The notes under the pieces: model-generated
Database searches by the model: none
Seen by the model: only the letters and a program-made list of their open reading frames with translations
Told to the model about the DNA's origin: nothing
Made by a program: the position numbers and the translations under genes
In this document: positions 17,440 to 55,501 of the stretch, piece by piece
How the letters are laid out: each line of letters starts with the position of its first letter
Numbering within the stretch: position 1 is the stretch's first letter
NCBI GenBank assembly: GCA_963693365.1
Contig: CAVNZM010000003.1
Coordinates: forward strand, 7,869,312-7,933,311
Length of the DNA: 64,000 nt
Origin: Amoebidium appalachense
Taxonomy: Eukaryota; Protista; Ichthyosporea
Reading direction: 5' to 3'

Positions 17440-18802
17440 GGGGAGGTGGAAGAAAACGTTAGAGGACCAGAAGGTCGTGGTATGTGGAGGGGAGGGGGGA
17501 GGGGGGGGGGGGGAGAAGGTTTCGTGAATATGCTCGGACATTGAGCTACAGAGTAATGGAATAAGAAGGAGACTAGAAAGGTGGGAGTCATATGGACTGG
17601 GCTGCGTTTAGAAAAAACGGTCAAAATGAGTGTTTGGGTACAAAAAGACAGGGGGGAGAGGAGATGGGGAGGGGGGGGGGGAGAGAGAGAGAAGAGAGGG
17701 GGGAAGGGGGGGGTCATTTCCCATCTTCACTTCTTTCTCAAACCACTCCGGTTGCAATAATGTAATGATTTAGGGGGAACGGAGGGTGGGTGGGTGGGTG
17801 GGTGGGTGGGTGGGGGGGGGGGAATCTAAACACCTTCTCAAAAAGACCTTGAGGGGGTCATAGTGTCCAGGAATAAGACGCATCTTATCATGGTATACAG
17901 CCCTCAGCTTCTTGCCTAGCAAAAGATTCTGGCTGGCGCCCAAATCCGTCAACTGACCAATGCCACAGGTGCCCCTCCACATGGAACCTCCTAGAAGGGT
18001 GTCTGTCGGGTCTAGAAGATACTCGTTGTCGAGGTAGCTGTGTGGGCAAGGGGAGGTGGAGGGGAAGGGGAGGGTTGTGTGTGTGTGTGTATGGTGCCGG
18101 TAGTCTGTACACTCCAAAAAAGAAAAAATCAAAAAAATACTTCTGGTCGGTCGATTTCAAAAATTCTTGGATAGCTTGAACGGCCTCATCGAGATCTGTC
18201 CAATGGCGCAGAGAACCCAAAAAACGCCAATTTGACCCCCCGACCTCAACCGATGACGTCATCAAACCAGTCTGGAGATATGCTTGATATACCATATATA
18301 GATATAGATACAGATAGTCTATGGATATACATGGGTCTGGAACTTGACCCCCAGGGGGGTTCTTTATGTTTTCACAAATATTTCAGTTATTTTGCGAAAT
18401 TTGGATATCTGAAAAAAGTTTTGTGGATAAAGTCGACTGCGCTTAGCACGTAAAACACCTTAGTTTTGTTCTAGCACCCCTCCTTCATTGTTTTCCAAAA
18501 AAGCGCCAATTTAGGGTCAATTAGTAAAAATCTAAAATTTCAAACCAAAATTTCAAAACGTTCAAGCATCCAGGGTGCATTTGAAGTAGACATCAAGACG
18601 GACATTTTGACGTGTTCATTTCTCAAATATCTCAGTTCTATGGGGAGCGACGATCCCTCGGACCGGGGTGATTTTGGGATCTGAAATTGGAGGGCTTCAG
18701 GGTTCCGGCACCATACCCACGGGGGGTAGGGGGTGGGAGTGGGGGTGGGTGCGTTGGCGCGGGACGCGGCGGCAGGAAGGATGATGGGGGGAGGGGGGGA
18801 CG

Positions 18803-18837
<35 letters not shown>

Positions 18838-19827
18838 CTGAAGGAGGGGAAGGGAGCGCCGGGGGCTCGTAAATGTGTGTGTGCAGCCGCATGTGCATGC
18901 GTGCACACGTGTTTATGTATGTGTGTGTGAGGGCATGTGCGCATGCGTGTGTATTTGCCTGCTCGCGCACGTGTTGAAGCACAGGTGTTGAAGGGCAGGT
19001 TGGATATGCACGTACGTGTGGGTGGGTGTGCCGGCGTCTGTAGGTTTGTGGGTGTGCACTCGCGTGTGTGTGTGGGTCGGTGTGGGGGTGTGGGGGTGTG
19101 GGTGTGTGTGTGTGCATGTGTGCATGTGTGCGTGCGTGCGAGTGTGGATGCAAGTGGTTGTGGGCGTGTAGATGTAAGTATTTGCGTGCATGTGCCACTG
19201 CAGTGTTGGTGTGGAGAAAGAGGGTGTGCAAGTGTGTGTGTGGGAATGGGACTGTGTGGTAAGCAAGCATTCTAAACAGTACCAAGTTCCTACCCTCCAC
19301 AGAGGCATCTGGAACATTAGCATGCGGAGGTTGTACCCTCACAATCTCTCAAAAACTGCCTAATATAGACGCAGGTCTACCCTAAACATTCCGCATGTTT
19401 GTGGTCCACAAAGATACCTAGAGTTAGAACCACTACCCTTCCTTACAGGAAATGTTACACAACACATGCCCCATTGCGACATGCAACTACTACCGCCTAC
19501 ACTCAATGGATCATCACATGCCCCATCCACCCACCTCAATACCGTTTTAGTCCCCTCAGGCACAACCACCGAGTACGAAGGTAAGGTGCAGTTCCACGCC
19601 ACCGCCTCCTCCCCCACCGGCAGTCTGTTTGCGGGACTCCTTGCACCATGGCGTGTCACTACTTGCACCAACTCCAGTTCTAGATCCTTCGGTGCGTCGT
19701 AGTTGCTTGGTGTAACAGTGTCGACGTCTAGGTTGCAGTAGGCGTCATCGTGAAAACCCTTGTTGCAAATGGTAGAAACGGGTAGGAGGAGGAGGAAGAA
19801 CGTGAGGGGAGTCTTGTGCGGAAGCAT
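12371..19827 (-). CDS. Secreted/lysosomal histidine acid phosphatase (branch 2, ~445 aa); exons 19827-19535, 18037-17834, 16861-16669, 15270-15113, 14366-14256, 13629-13523, 12642-12371
   Basis: Signal-peptide-like start, RHGARSP (RHGxRxP), GQLTDLG, RSTEVARARQSA, HAGHDDTIAPLL (HD motif), WPSFASNIILELW...YVRFLFNG...CP. All seven exons join in frame with GT-AG introns (1338 nt in total). Confidence 0.93.
14061..14200. repeat. ~70 bp imperfect tandem duplication in an intron
   Basis: acca.atatggttc.t.acct....ttctattgg...ctggc occurs twice. Confidence 0.7.
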
Positions 19828-21044
19828 TTTGGCGGCGTGAAGTTGTTTAGAAGAGGAGGGTAAGGGGTTGGAAGGGGAGAGAGAGAAGGAGTGGGTGTGG
19901 GCGGAAGTGTGTCGGGGCCGAGAGCGGAGGTGATGGGGGGAAGCCAGCGTGGGAGAGTGGGGAGGGGGAGTGGGGGGGAAGAGAGATAGAGGGAAAGGAA
20001 AGGGGGGGGGGGGGGAGGCGTAGGGGGAGGGGGAGGGGGAGGGGGGAAAGAAGGGAAGGGTGAGAGAAGATGATTTGTGAGGGGGGGAAAAACCTGCGTG
20101 AAAAACAGCTTATTTAGGTTATGGAGTTAATGATGAAAGGGCTCCTAAAAATATCCCACTGTCACTTCACCAGAAATCTGATGCACGAAGTCACAGTTGT
20201 GAACACCCGCTCTGTTTCCCTTGAGGCTAAACTATCCTTACACCGATCTTACACCAAACCAACAAACACATAAGAGTAAAGACGTATACAATTCAATATT
20301 TCCCCTCCCCTTCCTCAGCTAGAAGGAACAGGTACGATCAGCACGATCTCTTGTTTCCACTTTTGTTTGCTCAGTTTGACAGCGCCTGTGAAAACATGTT
20401 CCCACAAAACTCAAAAGGTGCGTGAGCCGCCGCGCCTAATGACGTAATGTTTACTTTAGGGACCCAATCAAAAACGCAGCTATGTGCACGCGCAATGACG
20501 TCATTAAAGTCTAATAGCCTTATAAGGCAGGTGATTTTCCCGCCATAGCAGCAAAGCTGCATTCCACACGCACCCGTTACTAAGTGCACGGTGATAGTGT
20601 GAGGCCCAAGAGGAGGGGGAGGAGGAGGAGTAGTAGTGTAAGCGTGATGTGATGCAACGTAATGTGTAGGCACATCTAGAGCAAGACACTCTGTGTTACT
20701 CCACTTCTCTTTTAGGCGACGTGCAGAGTTGGTCACATGCACAGGGCAAAGAGCACCGAATGGGAGTGCTCAATGGTTATAAATGTAAACAGGAGTGTTT
20801 GCCCTCCATGTTTTGTATTCATCGAAACCTGATGCAGTACACAAGCAACCAGTTATTTCATCCGATTTTGCTTCGTGTTACGTACACGGTGGGCTTTTTG
20901 AAAAATTGACTAAAAATCAGCAGTCGACCTTTAACCTTATTAAGTCACTTGCACCAACGTGTTTTGGATCCACAACCACATCTGATCCTTGAAGATCCTG
21001 TTAGGCCTTTTTGATTTTATAGTCTGTTGGTTTCTCAATTAAAC
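19828..21044. promoter_or_regulatory. Divergent (head-to-head) intergenic region with CRE/ATF-like and CCAAT motifs
   Basis: Phosphatase ATG (-, 19827) and NAP1 ATG (+, 21045) diverge. TGACGTAA at ~20440, CCAATC at ~20464, palindromic AATGACGTCATT at 20494-20505. Function is inferred. Confidence 0.4.
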
Positions 21045-45663
<24,619 letters not shown>

Positions 45664-46450
45664 ATACACCATATGGTGCATATAGTAGAAACGGCATGAT
45701 TGCACAAACCCAAAACCACAAAATTTGTGGTGCGTGTTTAAACTGCTGAAATGGTGTGCTGGTGGTGGGGGTGGGGTGGTGGGGGGGGGGGGGAGGGGGG
45801 GGGGGGGGGGGGAGGGAGGGAGGAGGAGGCGGGGGGGTAGGGAGGAATAGATATGCAGATTTAACAACACCGAGAGATTGCAAGATACTTGTGTTGATTC
45901 GCTTGAGCAGTGCGTCAAAATGAATGATTCATGCATGGAAAAGCATTTGTGGTCAGGAATATTTGTGTGTTTGATCGATTACGTCACTTGTTGTAGTTTC
46001 ACTATGTGCACACTGTATATTAGCGAATGGCTCCCTATTAGTAGAAAGATAGAGCAATGTTTGGGGTGGCTCGATAAATGGCACATGTACACAACTTTTG
46101 AAATGATCATGAGAATGTAAATGCTTGCCGGCTTGCTATATAACATGTGTTCTTTGTGCACTCCATATTCAAGTAGCATTATAGTAGTAATATGATTAAC
46201 ACCAGTGGCGAACATAGACCTAATATTAATGCAGAGTATTACCGAATTTTATTAAGCTACTGGCAAAATACATTCGGCATTCTGTGGGTGTGTGTGTGTG
46301 TGTGTCACGGTGTGTGTGTATGTGTTGTGTGTGTGTGTGTGTGTGTGTGGGAAGGGGGGAGGGGGGGGGGGGGGGGGGGGGGCAAACGGAAGGAGTACAA
46401 GAGAATGTGTGACTGTGTGTGTGGGCCGGGGGAGAGGGGGGGGGGGGGGG

Positions 46451-46703
46451 GGATGAATGTGTACCATAGATGGCTGACAAAGCAGATGTGCTCTTGGGGC
46501 GGCCAGTCCCCGCGTACATAATAATATGCAGGCGGCTTGGCACAGCACGGATTGTACATGTACAGGGGTCATCCGTTAGCTCGACACACAATAGTCGTGG
46601 GGGCACATTTTCGCGGCCGGTACATGTGGGTGGGGCTGCAGGCAGACACGAGAGACCCCTCCAAGAGCACATCTGCACCGGCAGCTATGGTACACATCCA
46701 TCC
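46451..46703. mobile_element. MITE-like element with split inverted termini; partial second copy at ~51161-51360
   Basis: ggatgaatgtgtaccatag...gcagatgtgctcttgg pairs with ccaagagcacatctgc...ctatggtacacatccatcc. Internal 'ttggcacagcacgg' and 'cgtgggggcacattttcgcggccggt' recur at 51268-51353. Confidence 0.7.
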
Positions 46704-46895
46704 CCCCTCCCCCCTCCCCCTCCCCCTTCCCTGCCTCCCCCCCTCCCCCCCCCCCCCCCCCCCCCTAAAGAAAAAAAGAAAAGAAAAAAGAAAAAAAATC
46801 CACACCAAAAAAAGAACAAACAAAAAACAAGTTGGACACATTCGTACGCACATCATGCATGCGTGCGCACGGGGGCATAATGTGCACACACGCAC

Positions 46896-46984
<89 letters not shown>

Positions 46985-47047
46985 CACAGAGAGAGAGAGA
47001 GGGAGAGGGAGAGAGAGAGGGAGGGAGGGAGGGGGATCCTCGAGGGG

Positions 47048-47078
<31 letters not shown>

Positions 47079-47243
47079 GGGGGGGGGAGGCAGGGAGGGA
47101 GAGGGAGGGAGGGAGAGGGAGGGAGAACATAAATCAAACGAGAAAGGAGGAACGAGAAAGCACACACACGCTCACAAACACACCTAGCAAGACATAGTAG
47201 ACAAAAACTCTACATTGTCACGTACAGTTATATTATGCATAAC

Positions 47244-47283
<40 letters not shown>

Positions 47284-47841
47284 CGTGTTTGTGTGCACTC
47301 TATGCTAATAATTAGGCAGAATTATGCGCGACCCCCTCGCTGCCCGACGCTGGGGCGCCCGAAAGAGAGGCTTCGGAACAAACAAGTTGAAACTTGTGTC
47401 ACGTGTGACAGAGTCCTTGACGAAAGTCCGAAAATTGTCCCTAACTTTTTGAGGTTAGGTCTATCGATTTTCCAAAAAATGGCCTTCGTGGAGCCAAATA
47501 TATAGGAAAATACACCCAAACACGGTTGTTGGCTCTATTAGGGCCATCCAGACTGGTGGAAAGTTGCCAAAATGGCACCAGCCAAAAACAAATTCCACAC
47601 CCTGGACCGAAGTTCACCGAACTGACGTAGGTATGTCGTGTTTACACGTTGGAATGTGCCAATTTCCATTCTGATTGGCTTCTTCAGCGGCTATCAGTAT
47701 CGGACTGTCCCGTGGCCTTTCAGTGGGATGAACGGCCATTTTTTGATCATGCGCACGCCAGCGGCAGTCCAGTTTTTTTTTTTTTTTTTGCGACACTTTT
47801 TTGAACGTACACTGCAAATAACACGTTCGTGTCTTAATAAA

Positions 47842-49889
47842 ATGGGTGTCGATGACTTCTGGAGGTGTTGTGTTGACTATGAGTACTGTTCTGCGCGCCG
47901 TAGTGTAGTTGCGAAGGAGGAACTGAAGAGCTCTCGGGTGGGAATAGACACATCCAACCTCCTGTACGCTGTTTGCACAGGTTACTTGGTACCAATCTGT
48001 CTAGCACAAGCAGGGATAGAAGCACTACCTGAAAAATTAGTAACTGACATAGTGACAACCGTTGCCAAAAAGCTCCAGACTATTACGGTTGCGGCCATCG
48101 TTCCTTTTTGTGTTTTTGATGGAAAGAAACTGCCCGGTAAAACGAGAAGGAATAGAGATGAAGAAAAGGCAAACAATCTACGCCTCGGCGTGGAAAGTTA
48201 CAAAGCAGACAAAGAAAGGAATAAAGTTCATCAGTACACGAAACATTTCAAAGCCGCCCTTTCCATACCAGACAAAGTGACAGCTGCCGTAATTGCGTAC
48301 CTGAGGGCCAAAGGGTACAACAACTACGTGGTGGCCCCTGACGAGGCCGACTCGCAGCTTTTGTATTTGCAGAAAACAGGAGCGATCGACTACATTGGTT
48401 CGCTAGACAGCGATATGCTTATCGCAGGAGGGGACAAAGTGGTTGCTGCGTCTGGCATGCTGAGTGCATACAACGCTGCAAGCTACGGCACTATTGTGTT
48501 ACGTGAGGACCTGTTGGGCAACAACGACCCACCCCCCCGGGTGCAGTTTAGCCTGCAGGGTTGGACGGATACTATGCTACGACGGTTTGGAGTACTGGCA
48601 GGGTGTGACTATTTCAAAATGAAAAACGTGGCAATAAAGAAGGCACACCAAGTTGTTTCGGCTCTGGGAGAGTCTGTCGCAGGCACGGACAAAGTTCGGG
48701 AGTTTTTGGGTAGGGTACTCAGGAAACCAATAGAGAAGAGTTTCAACAGTGAATTCGAGCGCGCGGAATCTTGTTATTTGTACGGGTTCGCTTTTGACAT
48801 GGAAAAACGAACGTTAGTGCGTTTGAATGCTGTACCTGACAGCTTTCCTGAGCACCTCCTGTCTGGCACTGGGGACGCCACGGTGTTCCAAAACGATGAG
48901 TATTTGTTACGGCACGTACAGGGGTTGATAAACCCTCACACCGGGGAGGACCGGCAGGCAGTTATGTCTGTTGAGCGCAGTATAGTAGTTCCAGACGCCT
49001 CGCAAGATGTGAATAAGGCGTTAAGGCAAGTTGGTCTCCCTGCAGACGGATGGGAGTATGGTGAGAGGTGGCTACATGGAAAGATTCCCCCAGTTAGTAT
49101 GGAAACAATCGTTGACTACTTGTATAGGGATGAGTTGCGCCGGGGAGAGGTGGTGAAAGAGAAGGCAGCATTGTTGCGGTGGCTGAAGGGGAAGAGGCGG
49201 AGTCTTTCTCACGACCGGCTGGATACTTTTGTCTTTCACGACGGCAGTATTGAAAACGAGAGAGAGGTGGGTGAAGGAGCGGAAAAGAAGAAACAGAGAT
49301 TGCAAGGTATTAGGCTGAATATGCTACGTAGCATGGAAAAGGTGCACCACATCGTTTTTGTGTCGTTTTGGGTAGAAGATGCAGTGCCTAGTTTTGAGGT
49401 GGCCAGTAATGCTATGTATTGTGGTGAAGTTAAGGAAATCAGCACGGCATACTGCTCCTGCAAAGCTGGGGCCTCTCGTGACTGTGATCATGTTGTGGTC
49501 TTCTTCACATATTGCACATTATTGAGTTCCTTAACTCAGAAAAGCTATTGCCTTGTACAGCTGTTCGGAATAGCTGGTTGGACCCAGGTGGGCCACCCAT
49601 AAGCAACACGCGACCCTTGCCTGATCTTGATTTTGCAAAACCGCTGCTTACCGGGAAACATGGGAAACGGGGCTGGGAGCGCGAGGGTGCTGAGCCTCTT
49701 AAACTAGAAGCACCAGCCGACAGTGTGGTTGAGGAACGGTTGGCTAAACTGAAATCTCTGGGTGTGTCCACTATGTGTTTCAATCCAGTGGTTGCAGCAC
49801 AGAAGCTAAGGGAGGAAAGAGAGGTTGAGCTGGGCGCAGAAATATTGTATAACATGTTCATGCGTGGTGGCCAAGAGGGGGCTCAGTAG
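47842..49889 (+). CDS. Intronless XPG/Exo1-like PIN-fold 5' nuclease + H3TH + SWIM zinc finger; one frameshift at ~49510
   Basis: MGVDDFW, VGIDTSNLLY, PFCVFDGKKLPGK, VVAPDEADSQL, SLDSDML, AGCDY (acidic active-site residues present). Then YCSCKAGASRDCDH (SWIM). The shifted frame 49512..49889 continues with PCTAVRNSWLDP, like the SCT-x-W-x-P motif that follows SWIM in transposon accessory proteins. Confidence 0.88.
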
Positions 49890-50085
49890 TAGCACTACCC
49901 TTGTGATGTATGAACTACAGTGACTTAAAGCCCTCGGAGAGTAATAAAGGATCAAAGCCACAAGCCGGCTTCAGTAGTGATGCTGCCGTGCACTGGCTAT
50001 ATCCCCCCTCCGGACCCCGTTTCAGTGGTGCACATGTGTGGGCAGAAAGAGGGAGTTAAACCTTTAAGAGAGATGGCGTGTGCGC

Positions 50086-50216
<131 letters not shown>

Positions 50217-50365
50217 TGCGCGCGCGCGTGTGGAGAGCCTGCAGAGCTCGAGATAGACAGGCTCTGTCTGTGGGTTCGTGTGGGTTTGGTGGGGGGGAGG
50301 GGGGGAGTAAGGAAAGTCATGCTTCACGAGCTATGCTTGGACACAGTGTACAAGTTTAGGCTTTA

Positions 50366-50721
50366 CTACTCGTCTTGTTTTAGGGGTGGCTGAAACCAGG
50401 TCAGCCGAGCACGGACATCAAAGATATCATCGAGCAAATACAACATAGAGATGGGGAAAGGATCCCTCAATATCTTAAACTCTTTGATGCGCCCGATTGC
50501 ACGCTCAATGTGAATACGAACTCTAGCCACCCTGCGGGTAAGGCCTACTTGCTCTGCCGTGAACTGTGCCTTATCCTTTTGTCTATTCTGCCTATTTTCT
50601 CAAACCACTGCTCTCGCAAAACCTGTCGTTTTGAGGAAGTAGCTTTATACTTGGGAATCCTTACTGAACCTTGCCCTACTTTTTGGTTGCACCAGTTTGC
50701 GGCGCAAGAGCAGCCTGTCAT
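50366..50721 (-). pseudogene. Internally deleted THAP + DDE_Tnp_4 (ISL2EU/Harbinger-type) transposase
   Basis: N-terminus MTGCSCAANWCNQKVGQGSVRIPKYK...LREQWFEKIGR (first half of THAP). It is joined out of frame at ~50579 to QFTAEQVGLTRRVARVRIHIERAIGRIKEFKILRDPFPISMLYLLDDIFDVRARLTWFQPPL, the characteristic C-terminus carrying the catalytic E. This part is absent from the ORF track. Confidence 0.87.
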
Positions 50722-53126
50722 TGGTACATACTGTGCCACAAACTACTTCTACTAAACGTGTTTAGCTCTGCAAAACAAATAACTATCAATTATAGAGGGG
50801 TAAGTGCCTAAAAAGTGGAGGAAACCCTGAAAAAACCGAGCGAGGTTTTCACGTTTTTCTTGTCGGTTGGTGACCGTAGGTGGTCTGATCGATCGGTTGG
50901 TCCCATTTTCGCGCCACCCGGCCCTCATATGATTGGAGAAAGTGGTCTATTGGAAGGGGGCAAAAACGGAACGAGTACAGCAGGTTGGGTGACTGTGTGT
51001 GTGTGTAGGCCTGGGTGGGGGTGGGAAAAGGGGGGAGGAGGGGCAAACAAGGCAGGAGTACATGCAGGAGGGCGGGGGACGGGGCCGGAAGGGGGGAGGG
51101 GGGAGAGGAGGGGGGGGGGGGGGGGGGGGGGGGGGGAAGGAGGGATGAAGGGGTGGGAATGGATGTGTACCAGAGAGAGCTGGCAGGGTAGATGATATGT
51201 GGTCTCGGGGCGGCCAGTGACTGTCCCCGTACACACACATAAAACAGCAGCTCATCTCACGATCGATTGGCACAGCACGGGCCTGGGTCACCCGTTAGTA
51301 GCCCGACACAAAATGGTCGTGGGAGGGCGTGGGGGCACATTTTCGCGGCCGGTGTGTGGGCCCGCTCCGGTGCAATGCGTGGAACGGGGGAGGGGAAGAG
51401 ACTGGGGAGAGGGCAGGGAGAGGGGGGGGGGGGGGGGGGGGGGAGTAATAGAGAAACGTTGGAATAATTATTATGGCAGCCGCTGGGCCCAGGGGATCGA
51501 TCAAGTTGACTCTGTACCACAAGGCAATTCATAAAGAAGGGCCATTAACTTAATAAACACACACGTACATACACTGACACGTGCATCGTGAGCACGTGCA
51601 CATGTGCGCACACGCACACGTAGACGTAGGCAGCTCCCGGGCCCGGCACGGCAGACATGCTGTCAGAGGTGTTGCGACAAGGGCCTGCAGCTCGTCGAAG
51701 ATCTGTTTTCGTGTTTCATGTTGTTTGGTCGAGAGTCGCTGTACGTCGGGTGGTGGGTGTCGCACACATGTTTGTATACGCGTATGCAGGTAAAAATAAT
51801 GATGCACGACACTTCCAAGTTTTCAAGTAGTAGGCTAACCGCTTGCTAAAAAATAAAGGGTGGAAAGAGCGACGGAACAAACGTTTGCGTCGACTGGACA
51901 ACGTGTGTGTTGTGTTTATTTCTTGGAATGTGCCACTCTAAATTCTGATTGGTTTTTAAGTAGGGATATCGGATATCCAATCAAGCAGGGTGTGAAATTT
52001 GTTTTTGGTTAGTGCCGTTTAGGCAACTTTCCACCAGCCTGGATGGCTCTAATAGAGCAACAACCGCTTTTAGGTGTAGTTTTTGCTAAATCGAATCGAT
52101 GGACCTAACCTCTTAGACAAATTGTGGGGCTTTCAGGGGCATTGTTTTAGCCCTAAACCCCCTGTAGCTTGGCTGACATGCACTGACAGCTGAAACTTGA
52201 GCAGACCTACCTGTCTTTCTTGTGCATATGTGAGTAAAGAGAAGTAAAAGTGCGTACTATTCAGTTTGAAATTTTCATCGTGCGGCAATCATCATAAATA
52301 TTATTATATTAATTATGCATGTCCCGCAAACGGTGAATTCGCTTAAAAGCGTGAATAAATTGTACAAGTTGGAATGCACAGTGGCCATTGGAATGCAACG
52401 CAGATTAGAGGGTCCAGATCATTGGTGAGAAGGCCATGAGCCTATGGTTGATTGGCTAAACGTTGTGCAAGCAGGACCTTCCTCCAGCTTTACGTATTAG
52501 CCTATTATTCAATGATCAATTCTTTCCCTCCACTCACTGTTATCTTCTTTGCTTAAATTCTCTTTTACTTTTTGTAATTGCTCTGTAGTACCCAATATTT
52601 GCGTAGGCTAGCTTCAATGGCACTTAATCCGAGATGCATATATATATCATGAGTGTTGAAGAATTTATCAGGCATGAACTGTACAGCCCACAACTAAGAA
52701 TCAAGATTAGTTCATACTCAGATAAAGACTCGAGCCTCTATATATGTCAAGCTGATATCTTTATAATACTATACACCATTTAGGCGGATTAGTTTATGTT
52801 AAGGTATTCGTTATAAAAGACAGTCAGGACGTAAGTTGTTTAGCGGATCCATACGTGGAACGTGGGCTCACCTGAGTGAGCTCCACATGGCAATGATGGC
52901 ATGCGTTGAGTTTTTATCCGATGATGTTCTTATTCGCGGACCATTTGTTGTCGATGATAAAACACCAACAACAGCATGTCTTGCACACACAGACATCTCT
53001 GGCTGTCTGGAGTCTAAGTTTCATCACTCCCGCCTTGTGTTTCTGATGTAATTCACTTCCATTTTCCAGCTAAGATAACCCACCACCACGTACTCTCCCA
53101 CGTCGTCCTGTCCCGTTTTAACGAAA

Positions 53127-54224
53127 ATGATGTTCCGCACGACGGCAGTCCTTGCTAGCTGCACAGTTATGGCCTGTGCGCTGGTGCCTGTACAGTCCCT
53201 CATCGTCCGGCTCCCTCCTGGTGCGTCCCTTCCCGGTACCAACACAGATTCGAACAATGACGGTATCAGCGACAAGTGCGAGGCGAAACTCAGGACAATG
53301 TGTGACCCCACCGCCGACGCCCTTGTGTATGACACGTGCATTGCGGCCAAGGTGTGCGAGGCCGATGGGTTCTGCACGTATAACGAGCTACTTAAGTTTT
53401 CAAACAAAGTCTGCGACCTGGTGGCGGTGGTAAGAGTCCTGTGTACGTGTCGAATTTACATACTATGATGCATTACTATCATAACAAACAACGTATGTAT
53501 GTCGCTATAGTCTCAATATATATATATATATGCAAGCCCTTTAACTTCTTCGGCTCGGAGTTAACGTTCGGAGTGTTCAGATATGCCTTGAGACCAACCT
53601 AGCATTTATGTACTCAGTCATGTAGTAGTACATGTATGCGGCACCAAGCACCTTCATGTTGCATTCTAAACCAATTTTTCTTATTATTATGTTCGACGCA
53701 CCATATAAACTAAGATAAAAAATAAATATAAAAAAAGACTTTTTTTTTTTTTTTTTTTTTTAAACATGTAGATGCATTACAGTACACTGACACAAGGCAT
53801 GCCACGAGTTTTACGTGCTATCACATGCACATCAACCGTGTCAGCTAACCAACGTCTATCTATTGCAGACCGTAGGGGGGAAATGTGTCTCGATATGCAG
53901 CCCCCCACCAGGTGGAAACAAGTCCTCTTTTGGTAGACCGCAGCCCACCGGACCCACCTCCATTGCGTGCCGTTCGTGCCGTGAAGAAACCTTCCGTAGT
54001 GGCGGGTGTGTGTCTTCTGGAAGTGTTGATGCTGTGGTCCTGCGCTACCTCAACAAGCTGAATGATGGAACCTGCAAGGCCGAAAATGTGGGTATTATAA
54101 TAAATGCACATACACTGTTTTGTTCACCCTCTACACTGTTGATTTTTTTTTCCTTCTTCTATTTTCATTCTCTTTTCGCTTAGCAGAAATTCTTCTCCAT
54201 AGAGAAAGGCGGGCAGGCGGGTGT

Positions 54225-54269
<45 letters not shown>

Positions 54270-54827
54270 GTCTCCGCAAGCTGACCTATGGGCCGGAGAA
54301 TGTGTGTATACAAAAGAACTATCATATCCAAATGATGCCCGGCCCGTATGATCGCTGAAAAATTATCACGGACAAAGTTTTCAAATACCCCGGGAATATT
54401 ACTATTGTGGTGTATGAATCACTCAGTCTCAGTGCTAGGTTAGCTGTGAATGAGTGACATTTACGGAATCATTTTTTTCTAGGGGCACTAAGGTTCCAGG
54501 AGTGGGTTCTTAGCCCGATTCGCATGCACTGACATGCATAGAATATATATAAGTCAGATCCATTGTTAAAGTTGGTGGCATACATAACACTGTTACATAT
54601 TCACACACGACGCACTTTTAAATAGCTTCAAGTAGGGTGACATCCGTGATTATTCTACACAGTGCCCTAGGTACAAAACCTGTGACTTCTGAATTGACCT
54701 CAAAGTTTCTTTCATAACGTCACCGAAATTTAACCCTTCAGTATCCTGACCCTTATTGATATTAGAGTTATGCCCCCATTAAACATTCCTCCCTCCCCCC
54801 CCCCCCCCCCCCTTCCCCCCCCCCCCC

Positions 54828-54866
<39 letters not shown>

Positions 54867-55336
54867 CTGCTCCCCCCGCAGGCTGCTGCTGCCGCCGCCG
54901 CCAAGGACGTTGATCTTGACAAAGACGGACTCACAGACGACTGTGAGGCGATGGTGGAGGCCACATGCAACCCCAGCAAGGAGGCAAACAACTACGACGA
55001 GTGTCTGTCTGCCAATGCCTGCGCCTTCGCAAAAGCATGCAATGCCAAGGAGCTCACCACATTTGCAATCAATTATTGCGAACTCTTGGAGAAGGTTTGT
55101 GCCTTCCCTGCCTCCCCCCCCCCCCCCCCCCCCCCCCCTACCTCCACCACACTTAAATCGAGTTCCATGCCTTTGTACCTGTCTTTACGCATCACCGACA
55201 CTTTGTTTGCACACCACGAGTAAGCTATCATTGTATGATACCCATGATACTATGCTTATGAACGTTCACACAAGCACATGCACGCACGCACACAGACACA
55301 CACAAACACATACACGCACACTCACCCTCACACTCA

Positions 55337-55374
<38 letters not shown>

Positions 55375-55444
55375 ACACAGGTGCACTACGTCTCGGACTG
55401 CCACACATACTGACACCAACACTTTGCCGTACTAGTACACTCAT

Positions 55445-55501
<57 letters not shown>

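Noticed and set aside
47638-47841. N-terminal 68 aa of the listed 654-aa ORF
   Set aside because: XPG-family proteins start at MGV/MGI, so ATG 47842 is the likely start; the upstream part spans a T-run and promoter-like sequence.
47842-49602. Host EXO1/FEN1 gene or giant-virus insertion
   Set aside because: Intronless in an intron-dense genome, fused to SWIM, enclosed by TIRs with a transposase remnant, and no other viral genes nearby.
50510-50755. Plus-strand 81-aa ORF
   Set aside because: Antisense shadow of the transposase remnant.
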